From Macrostomum hystrix (lineage: Eukaryota; Animalia; Platyhelminthes): a DNA stretch of 64,000 bases. Location of the stretch: positions 2,914,001 to 2,978,000 of the forward strand of contig CATNEN010000005.1 in assembly GCA_950097015.1 (NCBI GenBank), in the 5' to 3' direction. Positions 40,301-52,647 of the stretch are shown piece by piece. The notes beneath the pieces were generated by a model. That model was not told where the DNA came from. It saw only the letters and a program-made list of their open reading frames with translations, and searched no databases. How positions within the stretch are numbered: position 1 is the stretch's first letter; each line of letters starts with the position of its first letter. The translations under genes and the position numbers were made by a program.

Positions 40301-41540
40301 CTGCTATTAACAATTTATAATAAATAATTATAAATCAGTAGATCTGTGTATTAATCAATTTTATCGCAATAAATTCAGCTAAATTATGTGCCGATATGTA
40401 TCGAAAAATATAAATTCAAGCCACTATTTTCCTTGCCTTGCAGCATCTTTCGCCTGATTTGCCACCTGCGCAAACGACTCAAACGACGAAGGAGTTGGTC
40501 GTAGCTCACTATTTTGTGTGTTGTTTGTGCCTGTTGTGACTTAGTTAGTCCTGATTTTTTATCTACAATCGAATTGATTTTTCTAAGAAATTAGCACGTG
40601 AGTTTGTGTCTGGTTTCTTAGCACAGCATTTTAACAAAGGTTTTTACTAGTGCTTTTTAAACTCTTAACTCGTGATAGTTTGTTAAAGTTCTGTGTGCAG
40701 TGGTGCGTCTCCTAATACTATATCATTTACAAAAAGTTGGCCAACAAATAGTTTAATCACTTGCAGAATTCGTACCCTTAAGTTAGTCTTTCCTTTGTTA
40801 TTCACAATTCTGTGAGCGTTTTAATACCAATATATTTATTTTATCATTGCAAATTATTTTATGTAAAATAAATTCCTGTCGCCTTGCTGTAAAAATGTCG
40901 AAGTTGATTTTAAAATAGAATTTTATTATTTTATAATATCGTAATTTTAACTCTTAAATAAGTTCTTTCTATTTTATCATTTTTATGTAAATACTAGCAT
41001 TAGTGGGGAATACTAGCACCAAAGGTCCTGAGCTCGATTCCGCATCGAGGCCACATTTTTTTATTTAAGAGAGCCAACCTTCAAGGTACTGTCAGAGTGT
41101 ACACTGCCTGACGACGAGAAAGTGTCCTTGCGTACAGTATCCATGTGAGTTTATGCTCAAGAGTCAGCGCAATGGGCAGAGACACCAAAATTATTTGACA
41201 TTTCGTGCAGTGCAGCCCTCTTGCAAATAAATAATTACTAGTAGAGGATTATAATCCTATTTTGAACTGATCGACTGTTTGTTTTAAATGTCGATAACTA
41301 ATTTCCTAGAAATCTTACTTTTATCTTTGATTTTCATTCCGCAGCTTTCAACGCTTTTTTGGCGGTGGCAGCAGCTCTTCGAATCCGACAACAACGGATC
41401 AGAATTCAACCTCGTTGCCAATGACGCAACTTCCGTTGCCAGAGCACGTCGCTCCAATGCCTGCTGCAAATAGTGACGCAATTCCTGCTTATCTGCTTAC
41501 TATGGACTTTTCATCGCATCATTTGGCTAGACCGATTTAG
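37366..41540 (+). CDS. RILPL1: RILP-like protein (RH1 and RH2 domains): exons 37366-37650, 38540-38980, 39589-40055, then last exon 41345-41540 or 40444-40504
   Basis: RH1 DVYDLASAIGKEFESLIDQFG...LMPKVISALENLE and RH2 DPNRPRFTLAELRVVLAERNELKARL, ending GIKYF-FQRFFGG. Splice phases are 0, 0, 2. Paralogue assignment (RILP/RILPL1/RILPL2) is uncertain. Confidence 0.85.
37818..38345. repeat. 64-bp tandem repeat, ~8 copies, in RILPL intron 1
   Basis: ORF starts are offset by exactly 64 bp (38042, 38106, 38170, 38234, 38298). Confidence 0.92.
41000..41235 (+). mobile_element. tRNA-derived SINE, second copy
   Basis: GAGCTCGATTCC B-box, a T-run and core GCCAACCTTCAAGGTACT..GTGTACACTGCCTGACGACGAGAAAGT matching 20650-21010, ending in AAATAAATAA. 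Confidence 0.55.
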
Positions 41541-41584
41541 GGCGTTAATTGGTTTAACTGCTTTTGAAAGAACAAGTTTTCTTG

Positions 41585-42478
41585 GATTATCAGACCAGAA
41601 ATCCACCAGTTTTGGGGTTTATCAGACCAGAAATCCATCAGTTTTGGGGTTTATCAGACCAGAAATCCATCAGTTTTGGGGTTTATCAGACTGGAAGTCA
41701 ATCAGTTTGGGGGTTTATCAGACGAGAAATCCATCAGTTTTGGGGTTTATCAGACCAGAAATCCATCAGTTTTAGTGTTTATCAGACCGGAAGTCAATCA
41801 ATTTGGGGGTTTATCAGACCGGAAGTCAATCAGTTTGGGGGTTTATCAGACCGGAAGTCAATCAGTTTGGGGGTTTATCAGACCGGAAGTCAATCAGTTT
41901 GGGGGTTTATCAGACTGGAAGTCAATCAGTTTGGGGGTTTATCAGACCGGAAGTCAATCAGTTTGGGGGTTTATCAGACTGGAAGTCAATCAGTTTGGGG
42001 GTTTATCAGACCGGAAGTCAATCAGTTTGGGGGTTTATCAGACCGGAAGTCAATCAGTTTGGGGGTTTATCAGACCGGAAGTCAATCAGTTTGGGGGTTT
42101 ATCAGACTGGAAGTCAATCAGTTTGGGGGTTTATCAGACCGGAAGTCAATCAGTTTGGGGGTTTATCAGACCGGAAGTCAATCAGTTTGGGGGTTTATCA
42201 GACCGGAAGTCAATCAGTTTGGGGGTTTATCAGACCGGAAGTCAATCAGTTTGGGGGTTTATCAGACCGGAAGTCAATCAGTTTGGGGGTTTATCAGACC
42301 GGAAGTCAATCAGTTTGGGGGTTTGTCAGACCGGAAGTCAATCAGTTTGGGGGTTTATCAGACCGGAAGTCAATCAGTTTGGGGGTTTATCAGACCGGAA
42401 GTCAATCAGTTTGGGGGTTTATCAGACCGGAAGTCAATCAGTTTGGGGGTTTGTCAGACCGGAAGTCAATCAGTTTGG
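41585..42478. repeat. 32-bp minisatellite (TTATCAGACCGGAAGTCAATCAGTTTGGGGGT)n, ~28 copies, just 3' of the RILPL stop
   Basis: Direct reading. It yields ORFs in all three plus frames. Confidence 0.95.
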
Positions 42479-42899
42479 GTTTATTTTTTCTTATCAATTA
42501 ATTAATTCAGTATTTTTTGCATTTTCTAGCGTCCTTATATGGTGCCTAAAAGAGAATGTTTATGTAAATCTGTCTATTTTTTATCGCTTGCTGGTTCAGT
42601 TTTATAAGGTTTTAAAGCTTTTTTGTCTGTGTTATTTTACTGTGGCTCTATCTGCAATACATAATTATATAATCATTATGGCATTATTGTATTGTTTTTT
42701 ACTTATCATTTAGTAGTCGTGTGATAATTTCTCAATCTTTCATCTGTCAACGGTATTAATAATTTTTTGTCATTAAGTCAATAATAAAATAAATGATTAG
42801 TTGATTAGTAAAAAATATGTATGGATATTATTCCGAGTAATTTCGTCGTTTATTCCACAAAAAGTCTTCAGTAAACTATTTACGGGTTCTTTACTTCAG

Positions 42900-43355
42900 G
42901 TACCCCACTCTCCCCCCTGACACCCCACTCTCCCCCCTGACACCCCACTCTTCCCCTGACACCCCACTCTCTCCCCTGACACCCCACTCTCTCCCCTGAC
43001 ACCCCACTCTCTCCGCCGACACCTCACTCTTCCTCCTGACACCCCACTCTCTCCCCTGACACCCCACTCTCTCCGCCGACACCCCATTCTTTCCCCTGAC
43101 ACCCCACTCTCTCCCCTGACACCCCACTCTCTTACCGACACCCCATTCTTTCCCCTGACACCCCACTCTTCCTCCTGACACCCCACTCTCCCTCCTGACA
43201 CCCACTCTCTCCCCTGACACCCCACTCTCTTGCCGACACAACACTCTTCCTCCTGACACCCCACTCTTCCTCCTGACACTCCAATCTTCCTCCTGACACC
43301 CCACTCTTCCTCCTGACACCCCACTCTCTCCGCCGACACTCCACTCTCTCCCCAC
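42900..43355. repeat. C-rich 20-22 bp tandem repeat (CCCCACTCTCTCCCCTGACA)
   Basis: Direct reading, ~21 units. Confidence 0.9.
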
Positions 43356-43503
43356 CCCCACATTCTCCCCCCGGCACTTCAATTCCCTCTCTGGAACCTT
43401 AAGCGAGGAAGTTAACAATATATCAAAATTTTCATTAAAAAAATTAGAACTACAAATATATATTTTTGAGAGCGCAATTAAAGAATGTTTCTATTTATTT
43501 CAG

Positions 43504-46500
43504 TCTCAGGGTTGTTTAACGCAGCTTTTTCGGCACTTAATAAGTGTCCCTCAGTCTCTTACAGTCAATCAAACGCTTTGCAATGCAAAGTTTGTTAATC
43601 ATTTGACCGCAGCTGTTCGTGTATTGTCTACTCGAAAGTAAGTTGAATTAAACTATTATTGATTGCTATTTACATCATTTAAATTGTGTACTAGGCACAC
43701 AAGAGCGGGAAAATTTGGTATAAAATCCCTTGGGACTGAAGCTATGGGATAAAACACTGGAATGACTGAGGTTATGGGATAAAACACTGGAATGACTGAA
43801 GCTATGGGATAAAACACTGGAATGACTGAAGTTATGGGATAAAACACTGGAATGACTGAAGTTATGGGATAAAATACTGGAATGACTGAAGTTATGGGAT
43901 AAAACACTGGAATGACTGAAGTTATGGGATAAAACACTGGAATGACTGAAGCTATGGGATAAAATACTGGAATGACTGAAGCTATGGGATAAAACACTGG
44001 AATGACTGAGGCTATGGGATAAAACACTGGAATGACTGAAGCTATGGGATAAAACACTGGAATGACTGAAGCTATGGGATAAAACACTGGAATGACTGAA
44101 GCTATGGGATAAAATACTGGAATGACTGAAGCTATGGGATAAAACACTGGAATGACTGAGGCTATGGGATAAAACACTGGAATGACTGAAGCTATGGGAT
44201 AAAACACTGGAATGACTGAAGTTATGGGATAAAACACTAGAATGACTGAAGTTATGGGATAAAATACTGGAATGACTGAAGTTATGGGATAAAACACTGG
44301 AATGACTGAAGTTATGGGATAAAGCACTGGAATGATTGAAGTTATGGGATAAAATACTGGAATGACTGAAGTTATGGGATAAAACACTGGAATGACTGAA
44401 GTTATGGGATAAAATACTGGAATGACTGAAGTTATGGGATAAAACACTGGAATGACTGAAGTTATGGGATAAAACACTGGAATGACTGAAGTTATGGGAT
44501 AAAATACTGGAATGACTGAAGTTATGGGATAAAACACTGGAATGACTGAAGTTATGGGATAAAATACTGGAATGACTGAAGTTATGGGATAAAACACTGG
44601 AATGACTGAAGTTATGGGATAAAACACTGGAATGACTGAAGTTATGGGATAAAATACTGGAATGACTGAAGTTATGGGATAAAATACTGAAATGACTGAA
44701 GTTATGGGATAAAATACTGAAATGACTGAAGTTATGGGATAAAATACTGAAATGACTGAAGTTATGGGATAAAATACTGGAATGACTGAAGTTATGGGAT
44801 AAAACACTGGAATGACTGAAGTTATGGGATAAAACACTGGAATGATTGAAGTTATGGGATAAAACACTGGAATGACTGAAGTTATGGGATAAAACACTGG
44901 AATGACTGAAGTTATGGGATAAAACACTGGAATGACAGAAGTTATGGGATAAAACACTGGAATGACTGAAGTTATGGGATAAAATACTGGAATGACTGAA
45001 GTTATGGGATAAAATACTGGAATGACTGAAGTTATGGGATAAAATACTGGAATAACTGAAGTTATGGGATAAAACACTGGAATGACTGAAGTTATGGGAT
45101 AAAACACTGGAATGACTGAAGTTATGGGATAAAATACTGGAATGACTGAAGTTATGGGATAAAATACTGGAATGACTGAAGCTATGGGATAAAACACTGG
45201 AATGACTGAAGTTATGGGATAAAATACTGGAATGACTGAAGTTATGGGATAAAACACTGGAATGACTGAAGTTATGGGATAAAACACTGGAATGACTGAA
45301 GTTATGGGATAAAATACTGGAATGACTGAAGTTATGGGATAAAATACTGGAATGACTGAAGCTATGGGATAAAACACTGGAATGACTGAAGTTATGGGAT
45401 AAAACACTGGAATGACTGAAGTTATGGGATAAAACACTGGAATGACTGAAGTTATGGGATAAAATACTGGAATAACTGAAGTTATGGGATAAAACACTGG
45501 AATGACTGAAGTTATGGGATAAAATACTGGAATGACTGAAGTTATGGGATAAAATACTGGAATGACTGAAGTTATGGGATAAAATACTGGAATGACTGAA
45601 GCTATGGGATAAAACACTGGAATGACTGAAGTTATGGGATAAAACACTGGAATGACTGAAGTTATGGGATAAAACACTGGAATGACTGAAGTTATGGGAT
45701 AAAACACTGGAATGACTGAAGTTATGGGATAAAACACTGGAATGACTGAAGTTATGGGATAAAATACTGGAATGACTGAAGTTATGGGATAAAACACTGG
45801 AATGACTGAAGTTATGGGATAAAACACTGGAATGACTGAAGTTATGGGATAAAATACTGGAATGACTGAAGTTATGGGATAAAATACTGGAATGACTGAA
45901 GTTATGGGATAAAACACTGGAATGACTGAAGTTATGGGATAAAACACTGGAATGACTGAAGTTATGGGATAAAACACTGGAATGACTGAAGTTATGGGAT
46001 AAAACACTGGAATGACTGAAGTTATGGGATAAAATACTGGAATGACTGAAGTTATGGGATAAAACACTGGAATGACTGAAGTTATGGGATAAAACACTGG
46101 AATGACTGAAGTTATGGGATAAAACACTGGAATGACTGAAGTTATGGGATAAAACACTGGAATGACTGAAGTTATGGGATAAAACACTGGAATGACTGAA
46201 GTTATGGGATAAAATACTGGAATGACTGAAGTTATGGGATAAAATACTGGAATGACTGAAGTTATGGGATAAAATACTGAAATGACTGAAGTTATGGGAT
46301 AAAATACTGGAATGACTGAAGTTATGGGATAAAACACTGGAATGACTGAAGTTATGGGATAAAACACTGGAATGATTGAAGTTATGGGATAAAATACTGG
46401 AATGACTGAAGTTATGGGATAAAACACTGGAATGACTGAAGTTATGGGATAAAACACTGGAATGACTGAAGTTATGGGATAAAACACTGGAATGACTGAA

Positions 46501-48831
46501 GTTATGGGATAAAATACTGGAATGACTGAAGTTATGGGATAAAATACTGGAATGACTGAAGCTATGGGATAAAACACTGGAATGACTGAAGTTATGGGAT
46601 AAAACACTGGAATGACTGAAGTTATGGGATAAAACACTGGAATGACTGAAGTTATGGGATAAAATACTGGAATGACTGAAGTTATGGGATAAAACACTGG
46701 AATGACTGAAGTTATGGGATAAAACACTGGAATGACTGAAGTTATGGGATAAAACACTGGAATGACTGAAGTTATGGGATAAAATACTGGAATGACTGAA
46801 GTTATGGGATAAAACACTGGAATGACTGAAGTTATGGGATAAAACACTGGAATGACTGAAGTTATGGGATAAAACACTGGAATGACTGAAGTTATGGGAT
46901 AAAACACTGGAATGACTGAAGTTATGGGATAAAACACTGGAATGACTGAAGTTATGGGATAAAATACTGGAATGACTGAAGTTATGGGATAAAACACTGG
47001 AATGACTGAAGTTATGGGATAAAACACTGGAATGACTGAAGTTATGGGATAAAATACTGGAATGACTGAAGTTATGGGATAAAACACTGGAATGACTGAA
47101 GTTATGGGATAAAATGCTGGAATGACTGAAGTTATGGGAAAGATAAAGAAGCTAAATGTGGGTGGGAATCCAGTGTAAATACTCGTATATGGTTAACAGA
47201 GTTATCAGTGTCAATCACCCGAGTGTCTCTGTCACCTCCAGGCATCCCTGGTTTGTAGATGAGCAGTTTAAGCAACAGCAGCAGCAGCGTCAGCAGAGAT
47301 CGGACATGGAGAAGGCTGCATTGCGCAAAAGGCCGGCTAACTTGCACAAGGAGAAGCGCAGTATTGTGCTATCCAGCATGCTGAAGACTGCCTTGCAGGA
47401 GATTCTTATTTCCGGCTGCATTCATCGCTGCCTGCAGAATGTTGTTATTAGCAAGGTTAGCTGCAGTAATGTTTGGAGTGCTTTAAGTTATATCTTTCTT
47501 ACTTTAATTTATAATCATTGTTTTTTAAGGTAAAGATGGACGTAAATTTGACAAAGGTCGATGTACACTGGATGACAACTGGCATCGCTGATAGTGACGC
47601 CGAAATTGATGCCGAATTACGCAGCAACGCCTCTGAGATTCGGTGTGTTCGCTAGTTTTTTTATTTTACGAAACTTCTATTTCGCTGATTGGTCAAAAGA
47701 GAAGATTCTCCTCCGCTGATTGGTTAAGAGCGAAGATTCCCTCTTTCAACGATGATTGGTTAAGAGCGAAGATTCCGTCTCCGCTGATTGGTCAAGAGCG
47801 ATTATTCTTTCCTCTCTTGCTCTTCTGACTGGTCAAAAGTGAAGATTCTCTCCTTCTACGCTGATTGGTCAGAAGTGAAGATTCTTTCCTTTCCGCTGAT
47901 TAGTCAAGTGCGAAGATTCTCTCCTTCAACGCTGATTGGTCAAGAGCGATTATTCTTTCCTCTCTTCTGACTGGTCGAAAGTGAAGATTCTCTCCTTCTA
48001 CGCTGATTGGTCAAGAGCGATTATTCTTTCCTCTCTTCTGACTGGTCGAAAGTGAAGATTCTCTCCTTCTACGCTGATTGGTCAGAAGTGAAGATTCTTT
48101 CCTTTCGGCTGATTTGTCAAGAGTGAATATTCTCTGCCTCTACGCTGATTGGTCAGAAGTAAAAATTCTTTCCTTCTCCGCTGATTGGTCATGAGCGAAT
48201 ATTCCCTCTTTCCTCTTCTTTGATTGGTCCAAACCGAGGATTCTCTTCCTCCCCGCTGATATTGAATTGACAATCCAATGCAGAGAAATTAATTCCGAGT
48301 GTTGCGATGTCGCATCGATCTTCTTCTTCCAGAAGCCAGCTGCACCAGCGCATGCTGATGCACACAGTGCCGCCAATCCAATTCACAGTGGATCGCAGCG
48401 CCGGTGCCGGCGGTCAGACAGCAATTGACAGCCTATTAGAAGCAGCTCGTAGAAAAGATCGCTTTGAAACCCTTGAAGAATCCGAGGCTCGCCTAAGAGA
48501 ATTGTACGAACCTTCGCCTGCAGATCTGAGAGCCATGCGGAAGCAGCAGAAGACGTCTGCTTCAAAACCTGTCTCCAATCTCGACGAAGAAAGCGAAGTT
48601 GTAGCGGCCTCCAAGCTAAATGTCTATGGCCTAGACCGAGAGGCACTGGTTCGCAAGGTGTCATCTTACAGCGCTCATCAACAGCGCCAACTCAAACCGT
48701 TGAGATTCAACCAGTGGGATAAGTACACAGTTGCGGAGGATCCTAATTATCCTTTGAAAGACTGCTTCTCCGATGCCCAGGCTGATGTTGATGAGGATGA
48801 ACAGAAGGAATCTGGTAAAGATGGGAAGTAG
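43504..48831 (+). CDS. RBFA: Mitochondrial ribosome-binding factor A: exons 43504-43637, 47242-47455, 47530-47642, 48333-48831; start codon not found
   Basis: KRSIVLSSMLKTALQEIL...VVISKVKMDVNLTKVDVHW...ASEIRSQLHQRMLMHTVPPIQFTVD parallels the RbfA KH-like domain (cf. ELSKVSL...AYW...RNVPPIVFVQD as recalled). Splice phases 2, 0, 2 keep frame. The N-terminal exon encodes an acid-free, presequence-like peptide. Confidence 0.8.
43735..47138. repeat. 30-bp minisatellite (GTTATGGGATAAAACACTGGAATGACTGAA)n, ~113 copies, in RBFA intron
   Basis: Exact 30-bp period with no indels seen. It produces the 1143-aa (FYPITSVIPV)n minus-strand ORF. Confidence 0.98.
47680..48245. repeat. Degenerate ~32-bp repeat (CTGATTGGTCAAGAGCGAAGATTCTCT) in RBFA intron
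   Basis: Recurrent CTGATTGGT and GAAGATTCT motifs. Confidence 0.75.
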
Positions 48832-49369
48832 ATTAGACAGTTATAACTTAATCCCAAATGATTAATTGTGACGAAATGATTATAGAAACTAGAAACAGTA
48901 AAAGTCTCCTTATATGAAATGCATGCCATATTAACTTAAACGTATTTTTTGCCAACGTTGTTTCGTAACAATAAACTGATAATTTTCTCGATTAAGATAT
49001 GAAAGCAAACTGCATTTAATTAAAATGCAAACTTTTTGAAAATAACCTTGCAAAAATCTGGTTATGTTCGTATTTTTCTACTGTAAGTAGTCAAAAAGCT
49101 TGCAGCTCACCATTCTTACACTATGTCTGGTAATGTAAAAAATTACGAAAGTGAAAAAAAATTTTCGCACGACGTTTCGACTAGTACCTAGCATTTTTCT
49201 TGAGAAATCAAGCTCAAGAAGTAGCATTTGAGTTATGGATTGAGCAATCAATAATGACGATATAGGAATATTCTCGAATGGATTGCAAAGGCGAGCAAGA
49301 AATAACCTGTAGGTTGGCTAAAAATGAACGCTTTTTCAGAGAGAGGTCGAGAAAGGAGAGCTAGATGGA

Positions 49370-49935
49370 GACTCAGGTAGATAGAGACAGTGAGAGGTAG
49401 ATAGATACGGTGAGCGGTAGATAGAGACAGTGAGAAGTAGATAGAGACTGTGACAGGTAGATAGAGACAGTGAGAGGTAGATAGAGACAGTGAGAAGTAG
49501 ATAGAGACAGTGAGAAGTAGATAGAGACAGTGAGAAGTAGATAGAGACAGTGAGAGGTAGATAGATACGGTGAGCGGTAGATAGAGACAGTGAGAAGTAG
49601 ATAGAGACTGTGACAGGTAGATAGAGACAGTGAGAGGTAGATAGAGACAGTGAGAGGTAGATAGAGACAGTGAGAAGTAGATGGAGACAGTGAGAGGTAG
49701 ATAGAGACAGTGAGAAGTAGATAGAGACAGTGAGAGGCAGATAGAGATAATGAGCGGTAGATAGAGACAGTGAGAGATAGAGATAGTGAGAGGTAGATAG
49801 AGACAGTGAGAAGTAGATAGAGACAGTGAGAGGTAGATAGAGACAGTGAGAAGTAGATAGAGACAATGAGAAGTAGATAGAGACAGTGAGCGGTAGATAG
49901 AGACAGTGAGAGGTAGATAGAGACATTCATATGTA
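49370..49935. repeat. 20-bp purine-rich minisatellite (GTAGATAGAGACAGTGAGAG)n
   Basis: Direct reading, ~28 units. Confidence 0.93.
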
Positions 49936-50699
49936 AATAGAGACGGAGGGAGGTACAGGTAGAGACCTGATAGGTAAAAAAATTATTGATTTAAGAAGCA
50001 TATTTTGCTGTTTAAAAAAATCACATTGCTAAGGACTCAGTGAGAGTTTCTGAATGTTATGTGCGGCAAATCTAGTTTACATTTAATTCAGTAGAATTCA
50101 CTCTACTCTAAGCCCACCTATGCTAAGGGTCCCGGTCGAACGGGAATAGTCTTCTCCTAGAAGAACTGTAACCGACCGGACAGGCAATGAATCAGCTGCA
50201 TGGAGTTGACTAAGTTTCCGTCTGTTCCGTTTCAGTTAGTATGGGACATTCGCTTGAAAGCTCGCGAACGTCCCCATCCACAGGAAGCTATAGGGACGGC
50301 AGGCATCTGTTGATTTCAGCTACCCAGTCTAAACCCCAGTGAGAGGTAGAATGTCGGGCCGATCTTAATCAGAGTCGCCTCAGTCCGATGCGATGATTGA
50401 GCACGTACTGAAATTCTGAGCACGATGCGAGATTTTTTTCTATTTTCTATTTTTACTCATGTCGACGCAGGCATGTTTGGTGTGCCACCCTAATTAATTT
50501 GAATAATATTTTTGCATTTGTAACGGACTTGGGGTTGACTGCATTAATTGCGACAATCATTGGGTTGGGTCTCGAAAAACTGGAAAATTGTAAAGAAGAG
50601 AACCTTTTTTATCCGAAAAATATAATCATTTCACTGAAAAGGACGTACCTAGAAATCCTTTCATTTTGATCTTTCAGATTCAGAAAGATTCAAATTCAG

Positions 50700-52110
50700 A
50701 TTCTAGATCTCACCCATCCTCTCTAGATCCCACCCATCCTCTCTAGATCCCACCCATCCTCTCTAGATCCCACCCATCATCTCTAGATCTCACCCATCGA
50801 CACAAGATCTCACCCATCCTCTCTAGATCCCACCCATCCTCTCTAGATCCCACCCATCATCTCTAGATCTCACCCATCGACACAAGATCTCACCCATCCT
50901 CTCTAGATCCCACCCATCCTCTCTAGATCCCACCCATCATCTCTAGATCTCACCCATCCTCTCTAGATCTCACCCATCCTTTCTAGATCGCACCCATCCA
51001 CACTAGATCTCACTCATCCTCTCTAGATCTCACCTATTAACTCTAGATCTTTACCACCCTCTCTAGATCTCACCCATCCTCTCTAGATCTCACCCATCCT
51101 CTCTAGATCTTTACCACCCTCTCTAGATCTTTCCCATCCTCTCTAGATCTCACCCATCCTCTCTAGATCTTTCCCATCCTCTCTAGATCTCACCCATCCT
51201 CTCTAGATCTCACCCATCCTCTCTAGATCTTTACCACCCTCTCTAGATCTTTCCCATCCTCTCTAGATCTCACCCATCCTCTCTAGATCTTTCCCATCCT
51301 CTCTAGATCTCACCCATCCTCTCTAGATCTCACCCATCCACACTAGATCTCACTCATCCTCTCTAGATCTCACCTATTAACTCTAGATCTTTACCACCCT
51401 CTCTAGATCTTTCCCATCCTCTCTCGATCTCACCCACCCTCTCTAGATCTCACCTATTAACTCTAGATCTTTACCACCCTCTCTAGATCTTTCCCATCCT
51501 CTCTCGATCTCACCCATCCTCTCTAGATCTTTACCAGCCTTTCTAGATCTTTACCACCCTCTCTAAATCTCACCCATCCTCTCTAGATCTTTACCACCCT
51601 CTCTAGATCTTTCCCATCCTCTCTAGATCTCACCCATCCCCTCTAGATCTTTCCCATCCTCTCTAGATCTCACCCATCCTCTCTAGATCTCACCCATCCT
51701 CTCTAGATCTCACCCATCCTCTCTAGATCTCACCCATCCTCTCTAGATCTCACCCATCCTCTCTAGATCTCATCCATCCTCTCTAGATCTCACCCATCCT
51801 CTTTAGATCTCACCTATTAACTCTAGATCATTACTACCCTCTCTAGATCATTACCACCCTCTCTAGATCATTATTATCCTCTCTAGATCTCACCCATCCA
51901 CTCTAAATCTTACCCACCCTCTCTCGATCTCACCCATGCTCTCTAGATCTTTACCACCCTTTCTAGATCTTTACCACCCTCTCTAGATCTCACCCATCCA
52001 CTCTAGATCTCACCCACCCTCTCTAGATCTTTCCCATCCTCTCTAGATCTCACCCATCATCTCTAGATCTCACCCATCCTCTCTAGATCTCACCTATCGT
52101 CATTAGATCT
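50700..52110. repeat. 20-bp minisatellite (CTCTAGATCTCACCCATCCT)n, ~70 copies
   Basis: Direct reading. Confidence 0.95.
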
Positions 52111-52647
52111 CTAGAAACTGGTTCTATACTCGTATTCTGAGTTCCTCCTGCCTTTAAAATCTGAAGCGAAATGTGAGACCTAATTTATCTAAAAATTTCT
52201 CCTTTCTCGCAGTTCAAAATAAGTGCAAAATGGGCAATGAAAATAAACAAAAACAAGCGAACTGCGGCTTTTAGAGACACCCGGAAATTGGACTTACTTA
52301 TAACAAAATTTAATTCTAAGAAATCTCACTGCTTAACAGAGCACGCGGCAACTCCGAGAAGCTTTCATCGCTATTGACAATAAAGGTCGAAGCGCAAATT
52401 TGTTGTTTTAATGCGCCTTAGAAATTCTTAGCATTTTAACAAAAAAATAACAAAAACGACATAATGAAAATATTTGAAAGTTTGGATTTTGTTGATTTAT
52501 CGACGTGGACCATCAAACACGGACGGATAGATTTGAGAGCGAGAGAGGAATTAGTAAACAGTCGCTTCGCATTCATGCTCGTATGTGTGTGTGTATTACT
52601 GAAGCAATATTTAATGTTTCAATTAGCAAACTCAGAGTCCACGCAGT

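Noticed and set aside
41284-41481. Minus-strand ORF as the last exon of another gene
   Set aside because: The plus strand of the same bases gives a phase-correct RILPL terminal exon with a family-like motif, and no upstream minus-strand partner exons were found.
43656-47087. 1143-aa ORF as a bona fide gene
   Set aside because: It is purely a translation of the 30-bp minisatellite, starts at GTG within the array, and lies antisense in an intron. It is kept only as a low-interest finding.
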